The translations under genes were made by a program, and so were the position numbers. From the NCBI RefSeq assembly GCF_030144855.1, contig NC_082721.1:27404001-27468000 (forward strand): a stretch of 64,000 nt of DNA, written 5' to 3'. Positions 13,150 to 25,482 of the stretch are shown here, in pieces. A model generated the notes under the pieces. That model made no database searches, was not told the DNA's origin, and saw nothing but the letters and a program-made list of their open reading frames with translations. Within the stretch, counting starts at the first letter, position 1, and each line of letters opens with the position of its first letter. This stretch comes from Hypanus sabinus (lineage: Eukaryota).

Positions 13150-14540
13150 GTCATTGGGGAAAATCTCTCTCCTGGAGGAGGTACTGGTAGTACATTTGGA
13201 AAATAACAAGATTATCAAAGAGAGTCAACATGATTTTATGAAGGAAAACTTGCTAGATTTGTTTGAGGAACTGCCAAATAGGGTGGTCAACGGGGAGATG
13301 AATCGATGTAGAATATTTGGACTTCCAGAAGGTATTCAGAGAAAAATGCCACATTTAAAAGGTTATTACAAGAGATAAAAGTGCATGGTGTTGGAGGCAA
13401 CAGGTTGACATGGATAGGAGAGGAGCTAATTAACAGAAAACAGTTGAGATGAGTGGGTCATTTTCCCCATAGGTAATCAGTACTGGACATTATCAACTTG
13501 GATGAACAATCCTAGGCAAATTTGCTGACTTTACAAAGATGGATGAGTTAGAACATTACAACAAGAACACAAAGTGCCTTTAAAAGTATTTAGACAGGTT
13601 AAATGAACCTGTGAGCTAGATTAAAATGCGGGGGAATCAGGTTATCTGCTATCCAAAGGAAGAATGAAGAAACAAATTATTACTTAAACAACCCAAATCT
13701 ACATCAGGGATCAGTACAGAGGGATCTGGGACTCCCGGTACAGAAAACACAAAATGTTAGGACCCAGCTGATTAAATAATTGAGAAGGACAAAAGGGCAT
13801 TGCCTTCATTGAAAGGGATAAGGATTACAAAAGCAGAGAAGTGTTGATGCAACTTCACAGGGCTGGTGAAACCATTTGTATGGTTCTGGAGGCAGTACAG
13901 AGGAAGGACATTAGGTTGGACCCTGGGAAGAAAGGATTGACAAACGAAGAAAAATTGAACAAACTGGGCCTGTATTCACTACAGCATGCAAAAGAGATGA
14001 TCATGTTAAAACAGAAGATTCTGAAGACGACACTGTTTCCTTTGTGATGCATCTAGAATAAGAAGACAGTTTCAGGAAATGATGTTACTTATTTTAGAAG
14101 GAGATAAGGAAGAATTCCTTCCCTTTGAGAGTTATGAATCTTATGCTGTGAAGAGAGGGTCATTTTAGCATATTCAAGGGATAGTTCATAAGCCAGCCAG
14201 TGGTATAGTGGCATCAGCACCGAACTTTGAGGCAAGTGGTCCCCGGTTCGAATCCAGCCAGTTCCTTGCTCACTTTCCACTCGTGCTGAGTTGAATGTTG
14301 AGCAAGCAACTTGGCCTTGTAAAAAGCAGATAAAATGCTAAAGAAACAGCAAGTTTGCCACCCAATGTGCAACGAGGCGCGGAGAGGAATAACAAAGAAA
14401 TAGTTCAGCAGACGTTAAAACTATGGAATCAAAGGATGCGGGGAAATAAAGAATGAGTGATATTAAGCCCATGAATGGTGCAGCAGGTTTGAGCAGGAGG
14501 AGGGGAGCAGTCAGGCAGGCCTATTCCTGCTCCTGTTTCC
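13150..14540 (+). mobile_element. Old degenerate CR1 LINE, interrupted by a SINE
   Basis: SQHDFMK, DFQK and KLGLYSL remnants. Confidence 0.65.
14192..14395 (+). mobile_element. tRNA-derived SINE
   Basis: Pol III A box TGGTATAGTGG and B box GGTTCGAATCC followed by a non-tRNA body. Confidence 0.7.
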
Positions 14541-15339
14541 CAAGTTATTATTATTGGTCAGTACAGACATGATGAGGTGATAGGTCTCCTACTGTGCTTA
14601 TGAATCCTGTAATCATTTTAAATATAATTAGCTCACTGATTAACCTAAACTTAAAGTGAGAAACGAGCCTGGTTCAGGCTGCATCAGTCAGAGCAGAAGG
14701 GAACAGGTAGAGACTGGGAAGGTGCAATGTGGTGTGAAGGCAGTTCCAATTCTAAAGCTCGCCAACATTAAGCAGGGTCTGGCTGAGGTCAGGCTGTGCT
14801 GGATAAGCTGGTACTATTGACACATCCTGGAATGAAACACGGCAAGACAGGGCAGGGCCCAGAGTACAAAAACACAGGATTTGGAAATCCATACTCCAAT
14901 GCTCTGCATAGCACGTAGATTGAACGGTCTGAGTCATGACAAAAATAGAAAAGTGAAACATGCAGTACAGGAGGCACTCAATCCATCATGACTTTACTCT
15001 CTGAAACAGCTCTCCAGCTAGTCCCAGTACCAGCTCCTTCCTCAGGGCAGCAACTTCTCTCTTTCTGGGTTTTGTCCAACTCCCCCTCAACAAAGTTTGT
15101 TTTTATCATCTGAACATAACATGGGCTTTATATAGGTGCACAAACATATCAAAGTGTATATGGGAATCCGTTATTGCTGAATGACTGGAACATTCCTCGA
15201 GGTTGAAACACTCAAATGACTCACAGTGGAACAAGATGACTGAACTTGCACAGTGCATGTTAGGTCATGGGCAGATGACTGCAGCATTGTGGGTGGAGAA
15301 CTAGAGACTAGAAAGGTAGGTTTAGTTTTCAAGGACCAG

Positions 15340-15755
15340 GTTCTCCCCTTCCACCACCGACACTGCCCTCATCCATGTCTCCTCCATTTCCTGTACATCT
15401 GCCCTCACTCATGCTCCTACCATCATCACAGGGATAAGGTTCCCCCTGTCCTTACATACCACCCCACGAGCTTCCATATTCAACACGTTATTCTCCATAA
15501 CTTCCGTCATCTCCAATCCAAATGCACCACGTAGCACAACTGCCCTCCGCGCCCCCCCCCCCCCCACTTTCCATAGGGATCGCTCTCTATGTGACTCCCT
15601 GTCCACTCGTCCCTCCCCTTGATTTCCCTCCTGGCATGTATCCCTAGAAGCATAACAAGTGCTACACCTGCCCCTACAACTCCTCCCTCACCATCATTCA
15701 GAACCCCGAACAGCACTTCCAAATGAGGTGACATTTCACCTCAGAGTCTGCCGGG
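15340..15755 (+). mobile_element. Penelope-like element, left part (host of the Gypsy insertion)
   Basis: PPVLTYHPTSFHIQHVILHNFRHLQ motif; sequence resumes colinearly at 20138. Confidence 0.75.
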
Positions 15756-15969
15756 TGATGCACCATCAATAACTCACTCTGAGACGTAAGGCGAGATATC
15801 GGCTTTTATTGACTGGAAGAAGGAACCAGGAGTGAGTGTCCATCATACTATGTCCTGGAGACTGAGGCCGAGCGTCAGGCCTCAGATCGCCTTTATACAG
15901 GGGCCTGTGGGAGGAGCCACAGGAGCAGTCAGCAGGGGGCGTGTCCAGACAGGCACATAGTTCACCACA
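15756..15969 (-). repeat. 3' LTR
   Basis: Direct repeat of 19924-20137; preceded on the minus strand by PPT AAAGGGGGGGTGAA. Confidence 0.97.
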
Positions 15970-16014
15970 TTCACCCCCCCTTTGTTTGAAAGAGTCCCCA
16001 TGTGGCGAAGTTTC

Positions 16015-18694
16015 TTACAAGTCAAGTCTATCAGGTGGTCGAATCTGTCGCTGCGATCTACATAGCACCGGCTGTGATCGCATGGATGCCGGCGACATTG
16101 GTGATTGCACAGGGGACAGAGGTTGCGCTTGTTCCTGCCCACTAGGCGCTGGTGATCCCTCACGCATGTGCGAGGCGCCTGGTATAAATGCGTACGAAAC
16201 GCCCGGTATACAAGTGTCGTGAGGAGTCTGTGTAGGGCCTGGTGAGTACGGTGTCACCTCTGGTGCAGGGTTCATAGTTACCGGAGAGCCTTCAGGGTAG
16301 TGGTCTGCTGCACCTGCGGGTGCCAGGTCGCGGATGGAGACCGTGTCCTCCCGCCCATCAGGTAAGACCACGTAAGCATACTGGGGGTTCGCATGTAGAA
16401 GGTGAACCCTCTCTACCAGCGGGGAGTATTTATTGCTCCTCACGTTTCCGGAGCAGCACTGGCCCCGGGGACATCAGCCAAACTGGTAGGGTGGTCCCAG
16501 TGACAGACTTCCTGGGAAAAGAGAATAGGCGTTCGTGAGGGGTGGCATTGGTGGACGTACATAACAGAGAGCGGATGGAGTGCAGTGCCTCAGGGAGTAC
16601 CTCCTGCCATCGAGAGACCGGCAACCCTTTTGACTTAAGGGCTAAAAGTGTGGCCTTCCACACTGTGGCATTCTCCCGCTCCACCTGGCCATTACCCCGG
16701 GGATTATAACTCGTGGTCCGACTGGTAGCAATGCCCCTAGCTAGCAAGTACTGGCGCAGCTCCTCACTCATAAAGGAGGACCCTCTATCGCTGTGGATAT
16801 AGCAGGGATACCCGAACAGAGTGAAGAGCTGGCGCAGGGCTTTTATGACGGACGTGGCAGTGGTGTCGGGGCAGGGGATGGCAAAGGGGAACCGTGAGTA
16901 CTCGTCGATAACACTGAGAAAATAGACATTGCGGTCAGTGGAGGGAAGGGGGCCCTTAAAGTCAACACTCAGTCGTTCAAAAGGGCGGGTGGCCTTGACA
17001 AGTTGTGCCGTGTCAGGACGGTAGAAGTGCGGTTTGCACTCAGCGCAAATTTGGCAGTCCCTGGTCATCGTCCTGATGTCCTCCAGGGAGTATGGCAGGT
17101 TCCGAGCTTTCACAAAATGGTAAAATCGGGTGACCCCTGGATGGCAAAGTTGTGCATGAAGGGTGTACAGCTGGTCGAGCTGTGTGCTAGCACATGTTCC
17201 CCGGGATAGGGCATCAGGGGGCTCATTGAGTCTGCCAGCCGGTAAAGGATATCATAGGTGTAGGTGGAGAGTTCTATTCTCCACCGCAAAATCTTATCAT
17301 TTTTGATTTTGCCCCGCTGTTGGTTGCTGAACAGGAACGCAACCGAGCGCTGGTCGGTCAGCAAGGTGAACCTTTTGCCAGCAAGATAGTGCCTCCAGTG
17401 CCTAACAGCCTCCACTATGGCCTGGGCTTCTTTCTCCACCGCGGAGTGCCGAATTTCGGAGCCTTGGAGGGTGCGAGAAAAGAATGCTACCTTCCTGATT
17501 GAGGGTAGCAGCCAGAGCAAAATCAGAGGCATCACACTCCACTTGGAAGGGAGCGGTCTCGTCCACGGCATGCATCGTAGCTTTGGCAATGTCCTCTTTA
17601 ATGCAGCTGAAGGCCGCGCGGGCCTCAGCAGAGAGGGGAAACGAGGTAGACTTGACCAGGGGGCGTGCCTTGTCTGCGTAATGGGGGACCCATTGGGCGT
17701 AATAGGAAAAAAACCCCAGGCACCGTCTGAGGGCCTTGAGAGTGGTGGGAAGAGGGAGTTCTAACAGGGGGCGCATACGTTCGGGATCAGGGCCAATAAC
17801 CCCGTTTTCCACGACATACCCAAGTATAGCAAGGCGGGTGGTTCCAAACACACACTTGTCCCTGTTATAAGTAAGGTTCAGAGCTGCGGCCACTTGGAGA
17901 AATCGTTGGAGGTTGGCGTCGTGATCTGGCCTGTCGTGACCACAGATGGTGATGTTATCCAGATAGGGAAATGTGGCCTGCAGTTGGTACTGGTCCACCA
18001 TCCGGTCCATTTCCCTCTGGAAGACAGAGACACCATTCATGACACTGAAAGGGACGCGCAGGAAGTGATAGAGCCTGCCGCCCGCCTCGAAGGTGGTGTA
18101 GGGGCGGTCCTCTGGGCAGATGGGGAGCTGGTGATAAGCGGATTTCAGATCTATTGTCGAGTACACCTTGTACTGAGCTATCTGGTTGACCATATCCGCG
18201 ATGCGGGGTAGGGGGTACGCGTCAAGCTGCGTAAACCTATTGATGGTTTGACTATAGTCCACCACCATCCTATTTTTCTGCCCAGTCCGAACAACAACCA
18301 CCTGGGCCCTCCAAGGGCTTGAGCTTGGCTCAATGATCCCCTCCCTGAGCAGCCGCTGCACCTCCGACTGAATGAAGGCCCTGTCCCCCGCGTTGTACCT
18401 CCTGCTTTTAGTTGCCACAGGCTTACAGTCAGGGGTCAGGTTGGCGAACAGCGGTGGGGGAGGGACCTTGAGAGTGGAGAGGCTGCAAGTGGTGTCGGTA
18501 GCACAGCTGTCGGCCTGGTTCTGGATGGGATGTGTGTGCCCGTGTGTGTGTGTGTGGTCAGTAGCAGGGTATGTGAAGAAGTCCCACAAAACTGAGGATT
18601 CCTGACAGTGAGTGGTGGGAGGGGCCCGTCGTATACCATAGTCACACTTTCGAGATGGCTCTGGAAGTCCAGCCCCAATAGCACGGGTGCGCAC
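16015..18694 (-). pseudogene. Gypsy pol (RT, RNase H, integrase) split by frameshifts
   Basis: RMVVDYSQTINRF, DLKSAYHQ, YLDN, ECDASD, EKEAQAI, TDQRS, SVDFKGP…IDEYSRF…HSDRG…NGQVER, and C-terminal GPVLLRK…ANPQYAYV. Confidence 0.92.
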
Positions 18695-19897
18695 AGATCA
18701 GGCATGACCAGCAGCTCAAAGTTCCGATATTCTGTGCCTTGCACCACCAAAGTCGCTACACAACCCGCCCGGATGTCTGCGGACTGCGACCCAGAAGCCA
18801 AATGGAACCTCCGACTTACCGGCCGCGTTGCAAGTCCGCAGTGTTGCACGTTGCAGTGCTGCCCGTGTCAAACAGGCATCTAGTCCGGTGCCCCTCCACC
18901 CGGATGTCCATCATGGACCTTGCAAGCTGGTGTGGGGCGCTTTGGTCGAGGGTTACAGTGGCCAGAGTTGAATCGCCGTCTTGGTACCCGGTAAGCATCG
19001 GAGGGTCGGGGGCGGGGCGTGCTGACGCCGACAAAGTTGGCTGCCCACATCCGGGCATGCAAGATGGCGGCCCCCACGTCTCACCTGCAGCGCTGCACTC
19101 CGCTCGAGGTTGAGACTTACAGACCTTGGCGAAATGGCCCCACTTTCCGCAGCTGGAGCAGGTCGCTTCTCGCGCTGGACAGCGTTGTCGAGGGTGTTTT
19201 TTTGGCCACAGAAATAACAAAGCACAGGCATCTGACGGGCTGCCGCTGTGGTCGGGTTCGGGGAGCTCGTGGAATCGCGACTGGCAGCGGCGTTGGCGAA
19301 TTCGCTCCCAGGAGCCGGCGGTGGCGGGGTCTGAGGTGTCCATGGAACCGGTGGGGAATCGCGCGACTGGACAGCGTCAGCATTATGTAAAGCAGCTTCC
19401 AGAGCGTTGGCCTTCTCGATCGCCGAGCGTAAGGTAAGGTCGGCATTTTCCAGCAGACGCTGGCGTATGTACACTGACCTCAGTCCCGTCACAAAGGCGT
19501 CTCGCACCAGCAGCTCCGCATGCTGTTCTGCCGTGAGCGTCTTGCAGTCACAAGCTCGGACGAGTGTCTGTAGTGCTCGGAGAAACTCAGCGCACGATTC
19601 GCCAGGCCGCTGTTGCCGGGTAGCTAAACGATGTCTTGCGTAGACGGTGTTCACCGGCCGCAGGTACTGTCTTTTGAGGGCGTCCAGTGCCCCATCGTAG
19701 GTCGGCAGGTCCCGGATAATGGAGTAAACTTTGGGGGTGACCCTCGAGAGTAGGATTCTGTGCATAACAGCGGGTTCAGTTGCACGAACCTCCTCCAAGT
19801 ACGATTGGAAGCATGCAAGCCAGAGTTCAAAAGCGAGAGCTGCGTCAGGGTCTTGAGGGTCCAAATCCAACCGGTCCAGACGCAAAACGGTTTCCAT
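18436..19897 (-). pseudogene. Gypsy gag and aspartic protease (frameshifted)
   Basis: Gag ATG at 19897; zinc knuckles CYFCGQK-HPRQRC and CSSCGKWGHFAKVC; protease LFDTGST and LLGLDF. Confidence 0.9.
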
Positions 19898-19923
19898 GTT
19901 TTAAAACTTCCAGTCAATAAAAT

Positions 19924-20137
19924 TGATGCACCATCAATAACTCACTCTGAGACGTAAGGTGAGATATCGGCTTTTATTGACTGGAAGAAGGAACCAGGAG
20001 TGAGTGTCCATCATACTATGTCCTGGAGACTGAGGCCGAGCGTCAGGCCTCAGATCGCCTTTATACAGGGGCCTGTGGGAGGAGCCACAGGAGCAGTCAG
20101 CAGGGGGCGTGTCCAGACAGGCACATAGTTCACCACA
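19924..20137 (-). repeat. 5' LTR
   Basis: 214 bp; minus-strand TATAAA at 20060-20065 and AATAAA at 19973-19978. Confidence 0.97.
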
Positions 20138-20565
20138 CTGGGGTCACCTACTTCCCAGTGCTCCTGGTGTGGCCCCCTCTGGTGCAAACTGGGGGACCAC
20201 CGGGTTGAGAATCTTTGCTCTGTCCGCCGAAAGTGGCTGGATCTCGCTGCATCTACCCATTTCAATTTGACCCCATTGCTTTTCAGACCTCCTTGACTGC
20301 CATAATGAGGCCACACTCGGACTGGAGGAACAACACCTTATACCCTGTCTGGGTAGCCTACAACCTGATGATATGAACATCGATTTCTCCAACTGCCAGT
20401 AATTTCTCCTTTCTTCCTCCTTCTCTTTCCCAATCTTCTTACTCTGGGTTCTGCCCCCTTCTTTTCCAGTCCTGATGCAGGCTCTCGTCCCAAAATATTG
20501 ACTGTTTATTTCCCTCCATAGATGCTGCCCGACTCGCTGAATCCCTCCAGCATTTTGTGTGAGTT
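20138..20565 (+). mobile_element. Penelope-like element, right part
   Basis: GIY-YIG region remnant, EEQHLIPCLGSLQP, and a degenerate pLTR (cctgatgcag…gatgctgcccgactcgctga). Confidence 0.75.
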
Positions 20566-23226
20566 ACACTAGAAAGAATGGATTGGGATAGCCAAGTGTA
20601 CAAAGGTATGTACGAGACTCTCAGCAGAAGAAGAGTTGAGACAGTTAAGAAATGGGCAATATTACAGAACTGGAAATACAGTAAGTAGTCTTAATATTAG
20701 CATGTTACTGAAGCTTTAAAACTCAGAAACAAAATATGTGAAGGGAACAAACACTTGGATTTAGTCTGCCTATTACTTGGACAAAGGAAATTCTCCACAG
20801 CCACTACTACTGGCAAGGAGTTTGACAATTTAAGAGATAGTGAGGTGACAAAAGGTGGAGAGGGGGTGCAGTAAGAGCTGAGTTTAGCCAGTGTACATGT
20901 GGAAGCCGGCGCTGTGCTTTAAGATAATTTTACCATAAGCGGTACACAGAAAATAATCCATTGCTGGCGGTTCTCTGCCTGTAATGGGAAACCCAAGAAT
21001 GGCACTGGGACAGCTTCTCGACCCGGTCTCACACAGACAGCCTCTGGTGGTGATGGTGTGATCAACCGAGTCGAGGGCTGCAAGCATGGCCAACCTCTCT
21101 GTCACAATCACACAGGGTATTAATCAGTGAGAGATCAGAGCTCCTCCTGGGGACGGAGGGTTCAAAAGTCACCTGGGTGACGGGGGATGCACCACCGTCA
21201 GCACTTTGAAAACAAAAGCTCAGCTTCTGTGTACTTTGTTACCAATACACGTTAAACCCAAAGCTTTGGACTGTTATGTCACTCTGTAAATTATCACTTA
21301 CATGTGACTTATCTAACTAACTGTGGCTGGGCCCAGTAACAGGAAATAACGCACTTTCACTCCTGCAAATAAAACCTGGAGGCTTACAAAGATATTTTTT
21401 TCCACTTTTGCTTTGTCTTTTATTTTCCTCTCTTCATTTCACTACAACTCAAATTGCTCTTCATGTACTCTTTCCTTTTCTATGCCCAACTTTAAATGGT
21501 TATGAGATAGATTGCTGGCCCCATCCATCAGAATTTCCAGAAACCTTGTATTCCTTGGCAGTTCTCTGCAATGTTGCCACACTTAGTTACAGGTGAGGAA
21601 TGAATCAACTAATGGGAGTACATGGCTCCAAAAACATTCCCACCCTCGATGATAATAGAACTAAGGCTGAAGCTTTACTGCCATTAGAATGCAAGAAAAG
21701 AGGAGTGGGCCACTTGCCCACCACTCGGTACGATTACGATTGATCTGACCCACATTTCTTCTCTTCTTCTCTTGTTCTGTGCACATTCCCTTTAGCGCCG
21801 ACCCCTCCCCGTTCCTTGACCTTTGATCAATTTATTTCACATCTCTTTAAATACCCCCTATGCTCTGTCCTCCAAAACCCTCCTAAACAGAAAAATCCAG
21901 GTTTACCATTTGGTACAACAAAATCATAGAAACATAGAAAACCTACAGCACAATACAGGCTCTTCTGTCCACAAACTTGTGCCGAAAATGTCCCTACCCA
22001 AGAGATTACTAGGCTAAAATCATATTTAAAAATGTTTTAAATTCTCATCCTCCACCCCAATTTTGGAACAAAGTCCACTCATTCTAGGTCCCCTCACTGC
22101 AGAAATATCTTGACATTTATCCTATCATGCATCCTCAAGATCTACATGTTTCAGTAAGATCACCTCTTTCTTCTGAATTCCAAAAAAGATCTAACTTCTT
22201 TAGCTGCTCCCTCTCATCCCAGTCACGATCAGCCAAAAGAGCAAATGATTACCTATCACAGCTTCCTACTAAGATCCTGAACAATAAAAAAGCCTAACTG
22301 ATTCGCTCTATGTGCAATCAAAAAATGTTTCCATTCAGAAAGGGGTCAGACAATGTCTCAAAGTGGTGGACATTTATGCTCCAAAACTAGCCACTTTTCC
22401 GACCAAAGTCAGAATACAACAAAGAAAGTACTAGAGACGGAAATGGACAGTCAACATCTCAGGTCAAGACCCCTCATCAAGAATGGTTGCAGATGAAAGG
22501 GAATGAGCTGAAATGAGTTGTAATGAAATTAAGGACTGGATATAACATGCGCATCTGCCTAGCCGTGTCAAAAATTGCCTAGGTATGCCCTATTCATAAA
22601 AAGCAGGGCAAATCCAAACAAATTAATTACTACTGAATCAGTCCACCATCAGTCAACTACGTGAAAGAAGGTATCATTGATCATGATATCAAGTGGCATT
22701 GTTCACAATAACAGCCTGAAGATAATCACATAACATTATTGTGCAGAGATACAAGATTTCGATCCAACAATGATGGATAGATAATAATTAGACATTGCCA
22801 TCCCTCTTTAGCGCTACTTTTTTTTTAAAAAATTGTCAATTTATCATTAAAGTAGTAATTTTATGTATTGGTACCATAAATTTCACGACATACAACAGCG
22901 AAAATAAATCTGAGACTGATTCACCCCTCTAGGACTGTCATCCTTTCTCCAAGCAAACTCTCACACTGCCCCCCCCCCCCCACACTCAGCTCCACACTAA
23001 GTTTATAGCTTAAATGTTACATTCACATCTCCTATCAGACTAGAATCCCAATACATAAATCCAGAAAAAAATGCAGCCGTAGGGTTGGCACAGAGACTTG
23101 GACCCAAGAGAGCTCAGAAAGGAAATTAAATTGTATTTTCATCTCCATTCCTGTCAAACTGGATCAGTTTTACCTCACTGTAACTGACCAAGGCAGCCCA
23201 TGCCTAGAAGGGTCTATTTCACTCAC

Positions 23227-23500
23227 CAGCCCCCGCACCCCTCTCCTCCACCAACACTGGAAGCCAACACATTAACATCGACGTTAATTTCCATCTATTC
23301 AAAGGCTTCATCAAAAAATTACTTACCAACCCAAACGCCTCAACATTCAGCCCCGCAACAGATCCCTCTATCTGACGCCTCCTGATGACGACAAGGACCT
23401 GTCTCTTCCACTGCCAGTGCACAAGTCACGTCTCATTCAGTTATTTTTCCAGACATCTTCTCAGCATGTAAGATATCCTATTTGATATCCGTCCAATCAA
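23227..23500 (-). promoter_or_regulatory. Candidate non-coding first exon and proximal promoter of CCDC124
   Basis: Two consensus minus-strand donors, TTG|GTAAGT (exon end 23327) and CTG|GTGAGT (exon end 23227), in unique CpG-containing sequence; the ATG exon has an acceptor so an upstream exon is required. Confidence 0.45.
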
Positions 23501-23604
23501 CTAATTGCTTTGAAGAAACAAAACGGCTCATAATGTGGGGTCCTGAGGAAACTTGAAAATCCAGCTCCGCTTTGAGGCTTTGGTTATCTTGACGGCCATG
23601 CTGA

Positions 23605-23891
23605 TGAGGGGAAGATGGGGCGCGGACATGTTAGTGAGGGGAAAATGGGTTCGCGGACATGTTAGTGAGGGGAAAATGGGTTCGCGGACATGTTAGTGAG
23701 GGGAAAATGGGTTCGCGGACATGTTGGTGAGGGGAAAATGGGTTCGCGGACATGTTGGTGAGGGGAAGCTGGGTTCGCGGACATGTTGGTGAGGGGAAGC
23801 TGGGTTCGCGGACATGTTGGTGAGGGGAAGATGGGTTCGTGGACATGTTGGTGAGGGGAAATGGGTTCGCGGACATGTTGGTGAGGGGAAG
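23605..23891. repeat. 31-bp minisatellite, 9 copies plus a partial copy
   Basis: Unit TGAGGGGAAAATGGGTTCGCGGACATGTTRG. Confidence 0.95.
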
Positions 23892-24274
23892 AGCGACAAG
23901 GCGCTGTGCGACGTTGAGGAGGGCAGACCGTAAAGATGACCTTATTTATCAGGGGCAAAGTGACAATGAGCTGTTTGTGAAAATTAAAGAACAACGGTTG
24001 CTGGAAATTTAAAATAAAAAGAGAAAGTGTTATGTTAAAGACACTCAGCTAGTTGGGCAAATTTACTCAACTTCACTTGCCCCATCACTGAAATGTTCTC
24101 AAAACATATGGGTTCACTATTAAAGACTCTCATCTAAGGTTTTCTATAGTCATTGATTATTTATTATTATTATTTATTTTTTCTCAGATCAGGCTGGTAA
24201 AATCTGAGGTATGGGCATAGCCAAGCATGCTCATTTGTCAATTGCTAGGAACTAGAAAACTGAGGAGATTACAA

Positions 24275-25482
24275 TTAGGATAGATAAAGGGGATGCAGTG
24301 GATGTTGTATATTTGCAATTTCAGAAGGCCTTTGACAGAGTGCCATACATGAGGCTGCTTACCAAGTTAAGAGCCCATGGTATTACAGGAAAGCTATTGA
24401 CACGGTTAGAGCATTGGCTGATTGGTAGGAGGCAGCGAGTGGGAATAAAAGGATCCTTGTCTGGCTGGCTGCCAGTGACTAGTGGTGTTCCGCAGGGGTC
24501 GGTGTTGGGACCACTTCTCTTTACGCTGTATATCAATGATTTAGATGATGGAATAGATGGCTTCGTTGTCAGGTTTGCAGAGACACGAAGATTGGTGGAG
24601 GGGCAGGTAGTGTTGAGGAAACAGGTAGGATGCAGAAGGACAGACAGATTAGGAGAATGAAATACAATGTTGGAAAATGCACGGTCATGCACTTTGGTAG
24701 TAGAAATAACTGTGCGGACTATTTTCTAAACGGGGAGAAAAATCCAAAAATCTGAGATGCAAAGGGATCTAGGAGTCCTTGTGCAGAACATCCTAAAGGT
24801 TAACTTGCAGATCGAGTCAGTGGTGAGGAGGGCAAATGCCATGTTAGCATTCATTTCAAGAGGTCTAGGATACAAGAGCAGGGATGTGATGCTGAGGCTT
24901 TATAAGGCACTGGTGAGGCCTCACCTTGAGTATTGTGAACAGGGCCCTTCATCTTAGAAAAGATGGGCTAGCATTGGAGAGGGTCCAGAGGAGGTTCACA
25001 GGGATCATTCCAGGAATGAAAGGGTTATCATATGAGGAAAATTTGATGGCTCTGGGTCTGTACTCGCTGGAATTCAGAAGGATGAGGAGGGGATCTCATA
25101 GAAACCTTTTGAATGTTGAAAAGCCTAGACAGAATGGATGTGGAAAGGATGTTTCCCATGGTGGGAGTGTCTAGGACAAGAGGGCACAGCCTCAGGATAG
25201 AGGGGCGCCCTTTCAAAACAGAGATGCGGAGAAATTTCTTTAGCCAAAGGGTGGTGAATTTGTGTAATTTGTTGCCACATGCAGCTGTGGAGGCCAGGTT
25301 GTTGGGTGTACTTAAGGCAGAGATTGATAGGTTCTTGATTGGACACGGCATCAAAGGTTACAAGGAGAAGGCCAGGAACTGGGGTTGAGGAGGAGAAGGA
25401 AAAAAGATCAGCCATGATTGAATGGCAGAGCAGATTCGGTGGGCCAGATGGCCTAATTCTGCTCCTATGTCTTATGGTCTTC
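24275..25482 (+). mobile_element. 5'-truncated CR1 LINE (RT and 3' tail)
   Basis: FQKAFDRVP…SGVPQGSVLGPLLFTLYINDLD…YKALVRPHLEY; tail ctcctatgtcttatggtct. Confidence 0.92.

Larger units (their letters stand above)
15756..20137 (-). mobile_element. Full-length Ty3/Gypsy LTR retrotransposon (4382 bp), frameshifted
   Basis: Two 214-bp LTRs (TG…CA) with one mismatch; 5-bp TSD ccggg / ctggg; order gag-PR-RT-RH-IN; polypurine tract at 15970-15983. Confidence 0.97.

Noticed and set aside
14200-14260. tRNA gene
   Set aside because: A and B boxes are present but there is no convincing cloverleaf, and a SINE-like body follows.
20900-21200. CpG-containing unique segment as an exon
   Set aside because: No recognisable protein and no consistent splice pair.
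23605-23994. CRISPR-like array or repetitive protein ORFs
   Set aside because: Head-to-tail repeats without spacers in a vertebrate; the ORFs are open only because the unit lacks stops.
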